Positions 19,477-29,348 of a stretch of 64,000 nucleotides of DNA are shown piece by piece (positions within the stretch are counted from its first letter, which is position 1; the number at the start of each line of letters is the position of its first letter). The stretch lies in sequence record LR756501.1; one strand, 5' to 3'. The notes beneath the pieces were generated by a model. The model was not told where the DNA came from. It searched no databases and was given only the letters and a program-made list of their open reading frames with translations. Position numbers and translations under genes: made by a program.

Positions 19477-20001
19477 TTATTTTTTTATCAACTGAGCGTC
19501 AATGAAATCTAAATCCACTAGTACTCTTTTAGTTTCTACTTTCTTATCATTCTTTTTTTCGTATGTTACTTCGTAAATTTCCTGATATATAACATTCACA
19601 GTATCACCAATATGTCCATTTAATTTATCGTAAAGAATTTTATATTTAGATACTTGATTGTTTTTAGTCCCGTCTCCTTGAATAGTAAAAGTTCCGTGTT
19701 GGCATTGAAATACTACACCAAATTTTTCAGGAATAGTTGATTCACTAACTTGAACAGTTTGTCCGTTCATTTTACCAATTACAATCCCTTTATCTCCATT
19801 CATATCAACTCCACCAAGAGGATTGTTCATATCTCCCATCATGGTGGTTCCCAAATGAACGTCGTGTTTTGATGGTGTATAAATCATATTTACAATAACA
19901 GCTTTTTCGTACATGTTGGCTGATTGTTCTCTTTCTGGTCCACAAGATGTTAAGAAAAACCCTAACACAAATACTGATAATACTAAAAATATTTTCTTCA
20001 T
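19477..20001 (-). CDS. Putative lipoprotein
   Basis: Lipobox FFLTSC-G after a hydrophobic stretch; SD AAGGAG upstream. Confidence 0.75.
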   Translation of the reverse strand: MKKIFLVLSVFVLGFFLTSCGPEREQSANMYEKAVIVNMIYTPSKHDVHLGTTMMGDMNNPLGGVDMNGDKGIVIGKMNGQTVQVSESTIPEKFGVVFQCQHGTFTIQGDGTKNNQVSKYKILYDKLNGHIGDTVNVIYQEIYEVTYEKKNDKKVETKRVLVDLDFIDAQLIKK

Positions 20002-20013
20002 TTTTCTTTCTCC

Positions 20014-21171
20014 TTATTTTGTTAAATTAAACCATCTTTTTTTCTTTACTTCTACCTTTTTAGGTAAATTTTTTGTTGGGTTTTCACTTTCTAATTTCTC
20101 CATGAAATCTTCAACGTAGTTTACATATTCTAAGAACTTAGGTTCTCTTTTGATATGTATATCCCTTACATTAGGAAGATCTACTTCAATGTGGCATCTT
20201 ACGTTAGCAGGATTTGCGTCGATAATGAATATATCTGTTGATAAGAAAATAGCCTCTCTGATATCGTGTGTAACAAGAATTACAGTAGGATCGATATGGT
20301 TATTATCTTGAAAGATCTTCCTCATAAATTCCTGCATTGCTCTCCTTGTTACAATATCCAAAGCCCCAAATGGTTCGTCCATAAGAAGAATGGTTGAATT
20401 AGCAACGAGGTTTCTTGCAATAGCCACCCTTTGTAACTGTCCACCAGAGAGATTAGGGTACTTCGCGAATTTATCTTCGTGTCCTTCTAATCCAACGATC
20501 TTAATCATTTCCATCGCTTTCTCGTGAGCGTCTTTCTTTGAAACATGTTTCAATGTTAATGGCATTGCTACGTTCTCAATTACAGTCAGCCAAGGGAAAG
20601 AAGAATAGTTCTGAAAAACCATTGGAATTCTATCGTTCTCAGTCAACTCTTTACCGTGAAGAAGAACCTTACCACTTGTAGGTTGCTGTAAACCAGCAAT
20701 ATAACGAAGAATTGTAGATTTACCACAACCACTTTGTCCAAGAATTGTAACAAACTGACCCCTATCAATGATGTCTTTTATTTCTAAAGTAAAATCATCG
20801 AAGATGGTGACTTTACCGTTGTTATAAGTTTGTGTGATATGAGAAACATCCATGATGTTTACTGGATTGTACTGCACACCACTTAATTTCTCGATAGTTT
20901 GTGGTTTTACTTTAACAACAGGAGTAGGTTCCACACTTAGTTCTACTACTCTAGGTTCTTCTTTTACACCAAAAGCCTGTTGTATATTTTTAGCCAATTC
21001 CGAGCTAGAGTCTTTTTGCACGTTATCAAGAAATGGATTTGATTTCCCACTACTGGGAGTTTCATCTATATCAAAATTAGAAGGAGTTTTGGTTTCAGCG
21101 ACAACTTCCACCTCTACTTCTTTGGTTTCTTCAACCTCTTCTTTTTCTTTACCTCTATTAAAAAAATTCAT
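20014..21171 (-). CDS. ABC transporter ATP-binding protein (TauB/SsuB/NitT type) with acidic N-terminal extension
   Basis: GQSGCGKST, MVFQNYSSFPWLTV, LSGGQLQRVAIAR, LLMDEPFGALD, VTHDIREA. Confidence 0.95.
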   Translation of the reverse strand: MNFFNRGKEKEEVEETKEVEVEVVAETKTPSNFDIDETPSSGKSNPFLDNVQKDSSSELAKNIQQAFGVKEEPRVVELSVEPTPVVKVKPQTIEKLSGVQYNPVNIMDVSHITQTYNNGKVTIFDDFTLEIKDIIDRGQFVTILGQSGCGKSTILRYIAGLQQPTSGKVLLHGKELTENDRIPMVFQNYSSFPWLTVIENVAMPLTLKHVSKKDAHEKAMEMIKIVGLEGHEDKFAKYPNLSGGQLQRVAIARNLVANSTILLMDEPFGALDIVTRRAMQEFMRKIFQDNNHIDPTVILVTHDIREAIFLSTDIFIIDANPANVRCHIEVDLPNVRDIHIKREPKFLEYVNYVEDFMEKLESENPTKNLPKKVEVKKKRWFNLTK

Positions 21172-21217
21172 TTTCTTTATTTTTTATTGTTGTTTATATT
21201 GCTGTTTGACTTCAATA

Positions 21218-22039
21218 TTATACATATTTCCATTTAAATAATCTTCTTTCACCCATTCTTAAAAGTTTATCTTGAATATAACCTACAATAAGAACAAGTA
21301 AAAGGATAGCGTATAAGGCGTCGTACCTTGATTCATTTCTAACATTATTAGCTAAAGCACCAACACCGCCAGTATTATAAATCATTTCAGCTACAACGAT
21401 GTAAGTCCAAGAAATTGCGATAAGAACGATAATATCGATAGATATTTTAGATAAGACAGATGGAAGATAAACTTTTCTAAACATTTGCCATTTAGTTGCT
21501 CCAAGTGTCCACATTGTTTGTTTAAGTGTTTCATCTACTTCCATAATTCTTTGAACTACAACTGGAAGAAGATATACAAAAATACCAACCGCTAAAAAGT
21601 GAACCTTTACACCGTAAGTTAATCCAAAAGTGAAAACAAAGATACTAGTCATAATTGGAAGTGGAAGGAACCTCGCTGTATCAACAGGTTTACTCATAGT
21701 GTAGTTAAAGAAAGCAAATAAACCCATAAGAAAACCAAGTGGAAGAGCAAGAGCAACAGCTTCTAAGTAACCCAAAATATTTACTCCAAGTGAAAATCCA
21801 GTGTTAAGGAGTAAATGTTTTTCATTGAATAAGTATGGAATAGACGAGAAAACTTTAATAGGACTAGGAAGAGCTTTGTCTGATACAACCCCAATTGCTG
21901 ATATAATCCACCAGGTTGAGAAAAACAAAACAATTCCTAAATATGATAAGATAGTTTTGGAGCTCATACTGATTTTGTTATCAGCTCCCATCTTAAACAT
22001 AAGTGGAATTTCTTTGAAGAATAATTTTATTATTTTCAT
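21218..22039 (-). CDS. ABC transporter permease (TauC/SsuC type)
   Basis: LPSPIKV, TM helices, EAA-loop region TLGATKWQMFRKVYLPSVL, IVVAEM. Confidence 0.92.
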   Translation of the reverse strand: MKIIKLFFKEIPLMFKMGADNKISMSSKTILSYLGIVLFFSTWWIISAIGVVSDKALPSPIKVFSSIPYLFNEKHLLLNTGFSLGVNILGYLEAVALALPLGFLMGLFAFFNYTMSKPVDTARFLPLPIMTSIFVFTFGLTYGVKVHFLAVGIFVYLLPVVVQRIMEVDETLKQTMWTLGATKWQMFRKVYLPSVLSKISIDIIVLIAISWTYIVVAEMIYNTGGVGALANNVRNESRYDALYAILLLVLIVGYIQDKLLRMGERRLFKWKYV

Positions 22040-22069
22040 TTTCTTGATTTTAATTTGATTGGTTTAGAT

Positions 22070-22107
22070 AAAAAAATTGGGGGTCTTCTTGCGTCAACCC
22101 CCAATTT
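22070..22107 (-). terminator. Intra-operon terminator/stem-loop between SBP and permease genes
   Basis: 11-bp stem AAATTGGGGGT/ACCCCCAATTT followed by a U-tract on the minus strand. Confidence 0.75.
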
Positions 22108-22121
22108 GCGTCAAACAACAA

Positions 22122-23708
22122 TTACTCAGCAATTAATCCAAAGTCAGTTCTACGATTAGCGGCCTTCTGATTTTCAGTAGCGTTTGCTGCTACTATGTCG
22201 GTCGAACCATTTGCAGGTTTGTCAGGGCCATTACCAACAATCACAAATTTATTAGCGTCAAACCCGTAGGTTTTGATAAGATAATCAGCTACAGCATTGG
22301 CTCTCTGTTTCGAGAGAGACACATTGCTCTTATAGTTACCAGTGTTATCGGTGTTACCCTCAACCCTGATTTTTGCACCCTTCCAACCCTTTGCAATTGG
22401 ACCCATTTCCCTATCAATGATAGTCTTAGCGTCATTATCTAAGAGGGCAGAACCAGTTGCGAAGTTAATAGATACCATACGGGTAGCCATTGCAGGTTTG
22501 GAAAGATCTGCTGTGGTTGTTGGAGCAAACTTCTGCTCAGTTTCAGCCACATTGTTTCCACTATTCATATCAGTAATACTTTCAATAATACCAGAGTACG
22601 ATGCCTTTGTCCAAGGAATAGGATTCTTTGCGTAGAAACCACCAGTTTCAGATGAAGTCTGTGAGTAAATCCTACTCATACGAGTATAGAGATCGTCACC
22701 GTCAACACCCTGGTAATTTGCGTCTAATCCAAAGAACGCCTTGTTATCACCATAAGTTGAGAACCTTACTTTATTAACACCGTCAATAACGAGATCAAGT
22801 GTGAAACCAAATGCCTTTGAGAAAGCTTCTGCTGCAAGTTTACGGTTACCCTCATCCTGCATATCAGCGTTGGCAGTCAACCAACCCCTTACTAACTTAT
22901 CAAAGTCTTTAGCTTTATCTTGAAGAACACTTTTCTTAGCAATCATTCCATCCATAATAATAGAGGTAGCAAATTTTGTAGAAGTTACAACCTTTGATCC
23001 AGTTACTGCTTTGATACAGTCACCGTCATCTGGAGACCAAACTACTGCTAAATCAACCTGACCTGCCTTGAACAATTCAGCGGCTTTTGCACCACTTTCA
23101 ACATATACGATAGTTACATCTTTGATAGTCTTTCCACCTGCGTCCAACCAGTTAATTAAAAGGGTTGAAGAAGCTGTTGGGAAAGCACAAGCGATCTTTG
23201 TATTTTTGGTTAAGTCGGCTACACTATTAAAAGAACGAGTCCCTACAATAACGTCAGCTCCACGACTATCATCAACCTTGAAGAACTGTACCACACCAGC
23301 CTTAGCCAATTCACCAGCTTCGCCCATTTCAGAACCTGAAATATCGGTTGTGGTGTAGATAGCATCTACCTGATCTGCTAAAAGTGACTCAATACAAACC
23401 TTACGGTCGTCCATCTGATTGATTTGAAGTTTGAGATCAAAATTCTTGAACATCTTGCTCTCTTTGTTTACGTCTTTTCCACTATTGTACCATACGACTG
23501 GAGCAAATCCACTCCAAGTATTAAGTCCGATAGTGAGGTCGGCGGACTTTCCACCAAACCAAGAGGAAATTCCTCCACTTTTTGTTTCACCCGCACTAGG
23601 CGTGTTACTTTTGAATTTTGGGAAGAGCCAAAAAGCTGACCCAAAAAGAAGTCCTGCGATTACCAAACCGACGAGAACTTTACCTGTTGTTGTTAATCTA
23701 CTAAACAT
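22122..23708 (-). CDS. Membrane-anchored NMT1/SsuA-like substrate-binding protein fused to an OmpA peptidoglycan-binding domain
   Basis: N-terminal TM helix; PBP2-type region (NTWSGFAP, DDSRGADVIV, AVVWSPD); C-terminal INFATGSA..VEGNTDNTG..LSKQRANAV..NRRTDF. Confidence 0.88.
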   Translation of the reverse strand: MFSRLTTTGKVLVGLVIAGLLFGSAFWLFPKFKSNTPSAGETKSGGISSWFGGKSADLTIGLNTWSGFAPVVWYNSGKDVNKESKMFKNFDLKLQINQMDDRKVCIESLLADQVDAIYTTTDISGSEMGEAGELAKAGVVQFFKVDDSRGADVIVGTRSFNSVADLTKNTKIACAFPTASSTLLINWLDAGGKTIKDVTIVYVESGAKAAELFKAGQVDLAVVWSPDDGDCIKAVTGSKVVTSTKFATSIIMDGMIAKKSVLQDKAKDFDKLVRGWLTANADMQDEGNRKLAAEAFSKAFGFTLDLVIDGVNKVRFSTYGDNKAFFGLDANYQGVDGDDLYTRMSRIYSQTSSETGGFYAKNPIPWTKASYSGIIESITDMNSGNNVAETEQKFAPTTTADLSKPAMATRMVSINFATGSALLDNDAKTIIDREMGPIAKGWKGAKIRVEGNTDNTGNYKSNVSLSKQRANAVADYLIKTYGFDANKFVIVGNGPDKPANGSTDIVAANATENQKAANRRTDFGLIAE

Positions 23709-23787
23709 AATTTTTCTCCTTTTTAAATTTTAATTGTTTAATTAATTGTTGATTGTTGTTTATAATTGTGTTAATTGTTTGCTTATA

Positions 23788-24849
23788 TTAAATTAAATCT
23801 TTAAATGTGCCACTGGTTTTCTGAGTCATTGGCTGAGCCAACACTTTCTGGTAATCATTGGAAGTCTGAGCAAAAGTTGCGTTTTCGTCCTTGTTTACCA
23901 ATGAGCGGAAGTCTGTGAGTTGGTTAAATGTATCTTGATCATACATTGATAACAGTTTAGCTCCTTCATCTTCCCATACTGCTGACTGAATATCTTTATC
24001 ATATACCCAATCCTTTGCCTGCTCTGTGAAGCGGGTGATGTTTGCTACATAATTGGAAACCTTTTCAGCGTAAGCCTCAGTTGCCATTTCCCAAAGAGCT
24101 CTTTCATCAGGGTTATCATTAAGAAGTGATTTTGCTGAATCAAAAGCATTTGATGTGCTAGTCAATAGTTTCAAGTCACTCTTTTTCAGATCAATATCCT
24201 GTTTCAAAAGTTCGAGGTCGTCTCCCCAACTATCATACAATCCAGTACAATATTTGATTGCGGTTTGAATTGCTTTCAGACGAGGAACAAGGTTCTGGTT
24301 TGACTGCATTAACCTGTTTGCGATGATTGAGTTTTTGTTGGCTCTCCTAGCGTACTCGGGATCTTTCTTCTTCTCAGTAATTTCCTGTGCTTTCTTAGCC
24401 TGTGCAAACTTGTCTTTAGCCATAGTTTGTTTTTCATCCATTGCCATTAACAGTTCGTGCTCACCAGCCTTCATAGTCTTAATTGACTCGTTGAGTTCCT
24501 GACGTTTTCCTGACCATTTTCTCCACTGGATTTCCATAACAGAGATAGGGTCACTTTTTACGATAGATCTCCAAAGTTTCTTCACGAAGAGCTGATAACG
24601 TAAGGAAATCATATCTTTATTGGCCCAAATGAGCCAGCAGATTAACCCAACAGTGCCTAACATAGCACCGAGGATTATAGCGTTTGTAACGATTGATATA
24701 AGAATTGGTAGTACTTTCCATAAGACCCACCCAATCCCTACGATGGCTCCACCAGCAACCAACCAAGACACTAACTTTTCGTTAGGGGCTAGGATGCCTT
24801 TTTTATTGTCGCCATTACCACTTGTAGGTAACATGTTTTGCATTTCCAT
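23788..24849 (-). CDS. TM-anchored PspA/IM30-like long coiled-coil protein
   Basis: Two N-terminal hydrophobic helices followed by about 200 aa of helical coiled coil. PspA relationship is inferred. Confidence 0.6.
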   Translation of the reverse strand: MEMQNMLPTSGNGDNKKGILAPNEKLVSWLVAGGAIVGIGWVLWKVLPILISIVTNAIILGAMLGTVGLICWLIWANKDMISLRYQLFVKKLWRSIVKSDPISVMEIQWRKWSGKRQELNESIKTMKAGEHELLMAMDEKQTMAKDKFAQAKKAQEITEKKKDPEYARRANKNSIIANRLMQSNQNLVPRLKAIQTAIKYCTGLYDSWGDDLELLKQDIDLKKSDLKLLTSTSNAFDSAKSLLNDNPDERALWEMATEAYAEKVSNYVANITRFTEQAKDWVYDKDIQSAVWEDEGAKLLSMYDQDTFNQLTDFRSLVNKDENATFAQTSNDYQKVLAQPMTQKTSGTFKDLI

Positions 24850-24894
24850 AATAGTTTATTTCTAATTGTTGTTTATAATTGTTGTTTGTTGTTT

Positions 24895-25047
24895 TTATTT
24901 TGGACCAGTGAAATTATCACCTAATCTTTTATCATATGTTAAATTACATTTATCACAGTGCCATTTGCCGTTTATACCGTAAGCTGAATGAAACATTCTA
25001 CAATACCACACATCACTGAACCAGTTGATTAAGAAGTTTTTTATCAT
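24895..25047 (-). CDS. Small Cys/His (Zn-ribbon-like) protein, not in ORF track
   Basis: MIKNFLINWFSDVWYCRMFHSAYGINGKWHCDKCNLTYDKRLGDNFTGPK (50 aa); ATGA overlap with the upstream stop. Confidence 0.65.
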   Translation of the reverse strand: MIKNFLINWFSDVWYCRMFHSAYGINGKWHCDKCNLTYDKRLGDNFTGPK

Positions 25048-25772
25048 TTTACGTAACTTTGAATTTTCTGAATATCACCGTTAACCTTGTCTACTACAAT
25101 CTGGTAAGCCTTTTCAAACTTAGTCTTTTTGATAGTAATCTTCTGACTTTCACCCTGAATAAAGGTGTTATTCTCAGCAATCTTCTGTGCATTTAACACC
25201 ATCTGTTGCTGTAAAGTCTGAATCTGTTGAGTAATTTCATTGATTTTGGCTTCAGCTGCTGCGTTAGCCTGTTGGAGAGATTGAATCTCTTGTGTCTTGG
25301 CGTTAACCTGTGCACTACCCTCTTGAGAAAGGTAAGATTCGAATTCTTGTTTATGTTTTTCGAACAAATCAATATACTTTGAAGCGGTTTGTACAAGAAC
25401 AGTGGGTGTAACACCCTGTGCTTTCAAACCGACATAAGCTAATTGATAGAGACTTGGCTCGGGAATACTACCAGCCATTTGACCCATTTCGTGCAATGTG
25501 TTTGCGTATTCGAAATAATCTGGACCAGGAATATTCTGATCTTCCATAAATTTATAGAGATGGTCAAGATAAGCCTGATCTGGGGTTTCTACGTCTGCGT
25601 TCATTACCACTGGTTGTGGCATGATAACTGGATTAACAATAGGTTGTGAACCTGCGTACCTAGCCTGAAACTGTGATGGATTCACTGTCTGTGGAGAGGT
25701 TTCATTTTGAACTGGTTGTTCGTCTTCCTTAATAAGAAGACCTTTTAACCAACCACCTTTTTCTTTTGCCAT
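25044..25772 (-). CDS. Coiled-coil hypothetical protein, first gene of the ABC/OmpA operon
   Basis: MAKEKGGWLKGLLI.., PGPDYFEY, Q-rich coiled coil; TAnnTTTG box upstream. Confidence 0.75.
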   Translation of the reverse strand: MAKEKGGWLKGLLIKEDEQPVQNETSPQTVNPSQFQARYAGSQPIVNPVIMPQPVVMNADVETPDQAYLDHLYKFMEDQNIPGPDYFEYANTLHEMGQMAGSIPEPSLYQLAYVGLKAQGVTPTVLVQTASKYIDLFEKHKQEFESYLSQEGSAQVNAKTQEIQSLQQANAAAEAKINEITQQIQTLQQQMVLNAQKIAENNTFIQGESQKITIKKTKFEKAYQIVVDKVNGDIQKIQSYVK

Positions 25773-25864
25773 AAAATAATTTGTTTTTATAAATGTAACA
25801 CAAAAGTATAACTAAATTTCGACACTACAAAATTATTTTGAAAATATTTTAAACTTTTTAAAAA

Positions 25865-26104
25865 TTATTTGTTCCAATTCTCTTCTCCGTAGGGGTCCAA
25901 GTCACTAAAAATTCTTTCACCTTCTTCATTTTTCACCATACTCTCATACTTGAAATCTAGATAGAATATTTTACCTATTGGTAATCTTTCCATTCTACTA
26001 TCTCTATTAAATGGTATAGTAGCCTTGTAAGGGTTTCTATTTCCCATCATATTAGGATTATATCTTGGTAGATTTGTTTCCTTTAAATTTAATTTTTTCA
26101 TCAT
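25865..26104 (-). CDS. Small protein with C-terminal DPYGEENW tag
   Basis: Ends SDLDPYGEENWNK. Confidence 0.7.
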   Translation of the reverse strand: MMKKLNLKETNLPRYNPNMMGNRNPYKATIPFNRDSRMERLPIGKIFYLDFKYESMVKNEEGERIFSDLDPYGEENWNK

Positions 26105-26307
26105 GCTGAACCATATTTATAAGAAGCCCAACAATCGTATTCTTCTGTCCAAAAGAAACCCAATTCATCTAATTCTTTTTTATCTTCATCTGAAATTTGA
26201 TCCTCAGTATAACCACATATCAACATAACATCGTGTTCGCAATGTGTGGGATAACTTTCATTTCCGTATTTCAGGAATATCTGTAAAGCTTTAATTAAAT
26301 CTTCCAT
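26101..26307 (-). CDS. Conserved-looking small phage protein
   Basis: MEDLIKALQIFLKYGN..PTHCEHDVM..LDELGF pattern. Confidence 0.7.
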   Translation of the reverse strand: MEDLIKALQIFLKYGNESYPTHCEHDVMLICGYTEDQISDEDKKELDELGFFWTEEYDCWASYKYGSA

Positions 26308-26317
26308 TTTTATTATA

Positions 26318-27658
26318 TTAATCGTGAATACATCTAATTGATAACGCGTCCCTATTATCAGTCATACCTCTCCAAATCCAAGTACTTATATGTTCAAAAC
26401 TTAAAGTATAACCTGTCCAATTTTGTGAATTGAAATAACGTTTAGAAGTGTAAAAATTGGCATTTAAATTAATATTGCAGTAATAAGATCCACCATCTTT
26501 AACCCACATTCCACCAGGTAAAGCCGTAAATCCACTTGAATTAGTAGCCCCAGTGTTTGGGTCGGTCCAATGATTAAAACTAGTTTCTTTCATATATCCA
26601 CCAGCAATGGTATCAATACTAAGCCAAGGATTAATGACTTGCCAAGATCCACCAAAAGATACAACTAATTCATTCCATTCAGCATCTGTTGGAATATGCC
26701 AATCATCTGGGCAAATTCCCTGTGCCCCTTCTGTGGTATCATAAGCCATTGCTTCATCCCAACTATAAAGTCCACCGTAAATGTTACAATTATCTTGATC
26801 ATTACCGTAACAAAATTTCTCTACAATAGTATCTTGATGAAATCCTTGTCCACTGGTTCTAAATGTTCCGACATTCAGATTTTCAGCCATCCATATCTGC
26901 ATAGTAGTGTCCATAGGGGATTTTTTACTATTTACAGCAATCTGCACTGTGGCGTAATTATGTCCATTAATATCTAGACATTTAAGAAAATTGAAAGTGA
27001 GAGTCTTACTCTTGTTTGGTCTATCCATAATGAAATTGGTATAGGTACCTGTTGTTCCCTTGTACTGTAAGAGTTCACCATTTTCGTAAGTCATTTCAAC
27101 CGTTGTCTGACTATTTTTCAATTTACTACCACCTGTCTGTGGTTCAAAGGAAGTGTAACTAATATTTATATCATTTTCAAAAAAACTATTACTTAATAGT
27201 TTAGTGGAATAATTGAAATTCTTACCACTAACTCTTACAAGGTACATTCCTTGTTTAACACCATTAATTGTAAATGTATGCAATCCGTATTGTAAGAATT
27301 TATCTGTGGTATAAAGAGATTTCCCACACATATCTATAATTGAAATGTTGGTATTTCCAGAACCTATAAATTTTAGAGTGGATTTATCAGTCATTGGATT
27401 TGGATAAATCTGCATATCTGACTGTTTTTCAGGATTTTGAATTCCAACGCCCCATCCAATAAGGTGAAGAACCTCACCCCCGTTTAGATAGACTGTATCT
27501 GGATCTGAAATATTAACAACTTGAATTGTACCAACAACGTTGGTATCACCAGAAGCGCCAAAACTAATAAGATAATCTGGTAGATTAAATTGGGCGTAAG
27601 ACGCGATGGCAAGAGCCAAGAAAACAATTACTGATGTAAATCTTTTCATATTTTTCAT
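26318..27658 (-). CDS. Secreted protein with T9SS type-A sorting domain and FISUMP domain
   Basis: Signal peptide; IYPNP..IIDMCGK..GMYLVRV; QIWMAENLN, YGGLYSWDEA, QGICPDDWHIPTDAEW, TNSSGFTALPGG. Confidence 0.85.
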   Translation of the reverse strand: MKNMKRFTSVIVFLALAIASYAQFNLPDYLISFGASGDTNVVGTIQVVNISDPDTVYLNGGEVLHLIGWGVGIQNPEKQSDMQIYPNPMTDKSTLKFIGSGNTNISIIDMCGKSLYTTDKFLQYGLHTFTINGVKQGMYLVRVSGKNFNYSTKLLSNSFFENDINISYTSFEPQTGGSKLKNSQTTVEMTYENGELLQYKGTTGTYTNFIMDRPNKSKTLTFNFLKCLDINGHNYATVQIAVNSKKSPMDTTMQIWMAENLNVGTFRTSGQGFHQDTIVEKFCYGNDQDNCNIYGGLYSWDEAMAYDTTEGAQGICPDDWHIPTDAEWNELVVSFGGSWQVINPWLSIDTIAGGYMKETSFNHWTDPNTGATNSSGFTALPGGMWVKDGGSYYCNINLNANFYTSKRYFNSQNWTGYTLSFEHISTWIWRGMTDNRDALSIRCIHD

Positions 27659-27711
27659 ATTTAGATTGTAAAATTACAACTTAATTACGAAATAAAAAAA
27701 TAAATTTAAAA

Positions 27712-28590
27712 TTATTTATGATTATTAGGTTCAACGTGAACATTCACTATCGCAGTTGGTTGAATTTTATTAATTTCTTTTTCTAAATCTTCTGAAATAC
27801 CGTGTGCTTCAGTTAAAGAATACTTATCATCAACGTGTACACAAACATCTACGTAATACTGGTGTCCAGATTGTCTTACTTTAAAACTATGATAAGATAA
27901 AATACTGGTAAATCTTTTTATAACTGTTTCTATATCATCTACACAATCAGGTGCTCTATCAAGAAGTGCGTCTACCGCTCTTTTACCAAGTTTCCAACAA
28001 ACGTGAATAACAATCAGAGCTACAAACAAAGCAGCAATAGAGTCAGCGTAATTAAAGAGTTTAATTCCCGTCATTTGTCCGATAGTCACAGAAATAAGAC
28101 CAAGTAAAACAACCGCTGAACTCCATATATCTGTTGAAAAATGTAAAGCGTCCGCTTCAAGTGCTTGACTATTATACTTTTTAGCTGCTCTCATAAGTTT
28201 CCTACTTCTCCAAACATCAATCACAATAGATGTAATAACTACAATATAACTAAATATAGTAACTTTAATATCAATGTTACCTGTTATAAGTCTATGTATT
28301 GCTTCGTAACAAATCCAAAAACAAGTCACAAACAGAAGTAGTGTTTCAATAAGTGCTGAGAAGTTTTCTATTTTACCGTGTCCGTAATGGTGATCTTTAT
28401 CAGCGTCTTTAGTTGATACTCTTACAGCGAACAAAGTGATAATGGCAGCAACTAAATCTAAACCAGAGTGTAGTGCTTCAGATAAAATACCCAAACTATT
28501 GGTCATAGTACCAATAGTGAGTTTAAATCCTGTTAAAAAGATAGCAGCAAAAACAGATATTAATGCTACTTGATTTTTTTCTTTGTTCAT
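27712..28590 (-). CDS. Cation diffusion facilitator (FieF-like) metal efflux transporter
   Basis: SEALHSGLD, HHYGHGKIE, ALEADALHFSTD, DALLD, C-terminal VHVEP. Confidence 0.93.
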   Translation of the reverse strand: MNKEKNQVALISVFAAIFLTGFKLTIGTMTNSLGILSEALHSGLDLVAAIITLFAVRVSTKDADKDHHYGHGKIENFSALIETLLLFVTCFWICYEAIHRLITGNIDIKVTIFSYIVVITSIVIDVWRSRKLMRAAKKYNSQALEADALHFSTDIWSSAVVLLGLISVTIGQMTGIKLFNYADSIAALFVALIVIHVCWKLGKRAVDALLDRAPDCVDDIETVIKRFTSILSYHSFKVRQSGHQYYVDVCVHVDDKYSLTEAHGISEDLEKEINKIQPTAIVNVHVEPNNHK

Positions 28591-28592
28591 TT

Positions 28593-28805
28593 TTATAAAG
28601 AATAATAACTATCACTGGGAAGACAAATCCAACATATCGCGTAAAGAAGAATTCCTATACCGTAACAAAAAACTGATAGACCCCAAAAGATTCTTAAAAT
28701 AACTGGATCTATACCGAAATAATCACCTATACCTGAGCACACGCCAGCAAGTATAGAATGGTCGTACCTTCTTATAACTCTGTTTTCTATTCTTTCGTTT
28801 TTCAT
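28593..28805 (-). CDS. pspC: PspC domain protein
   Basis: RRYDHSILAGVCSGIGDYFGIDPVILRI..LLYAICWICLP. Confidence 0.9.
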   Translation of the reverse strand: MKNERIENRVIRRYDHSILAGVCSGIGDYFGIDPVILRIFWGLSVFCYGIGILLYAICWICLPSDSYYSL

Positions 28806-29008
28806 TCTAACTCGGGTGCTGGTGAATATAATATACTATCGTAACAACCAGTTCTATCACTAGTTATCTCTTCGTAACAAATTCTTTTTTGTTCCTTACA
28901 TTTAGTTATAGCAAACTCAATCATAAGATCAACAATCTCTTTCTTGTAACCAGTGATAATACTATGGCTACCTTTAAATTTACTATCAAATAATTCGTTT
29001 GCGGTCAT
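28802..29008 (-). CDS. Hypothetical protein
   Basis: 68 aa, translationally coupled. Confidence 0.65.
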   Translation of the reverse strand: MTANELFDSKFKGSHSIITGYKKEIVDLMIEFAITKCKEQKRICYEEITSDRTGCYDSILYSPAPELE

Positions 29009-29011
29009 ATC

Positions 29012-29347
29012 TTAAACGTTGAATGGGTAAAGTTTGTACCAAAGATTGTCGTCTTTTTGTTGTCTAATTTTCACTACTTCAAAATCATCGAATATCTTAG
29101 ATACTGTGGCGTCAAAATTTCTTGTTCTTTTTTGTCCGTCAGTGGTCCTTACTTGAAACTGACCGGTTACAAGAGTTGAACCGTCAGATTGATTCTTAGC
29201 CGAAAGAACAGATACGTCGTATAACCACTTGCTACCCATGTGTCCACCTCTCCATTCTAATCCCAAAGCCTCAGTTCCCCAATGTTCCACAATCGAGTGG
29301 AATTTATCGTTTAATTTATCTTTTACTATTTCTAATTGAGTTGCCAT
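29012..29347 (-). CDS. Hypothetical protein
   Basis: 111 aa ORF in operon. Confidence 0.65.
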   Translation of the reverse strand: MATQLEIVKDKLNDKFHSIVEHWGTEALGLEWRGGHMGSKWLYDVSVLSAKNQSDGSTLVTGQFQVRTTDGQKRTRNFDATVSKIFDDFEVVKIRQQKDDNLWYKLYPFNV

Positions 29348-29348
29348 A

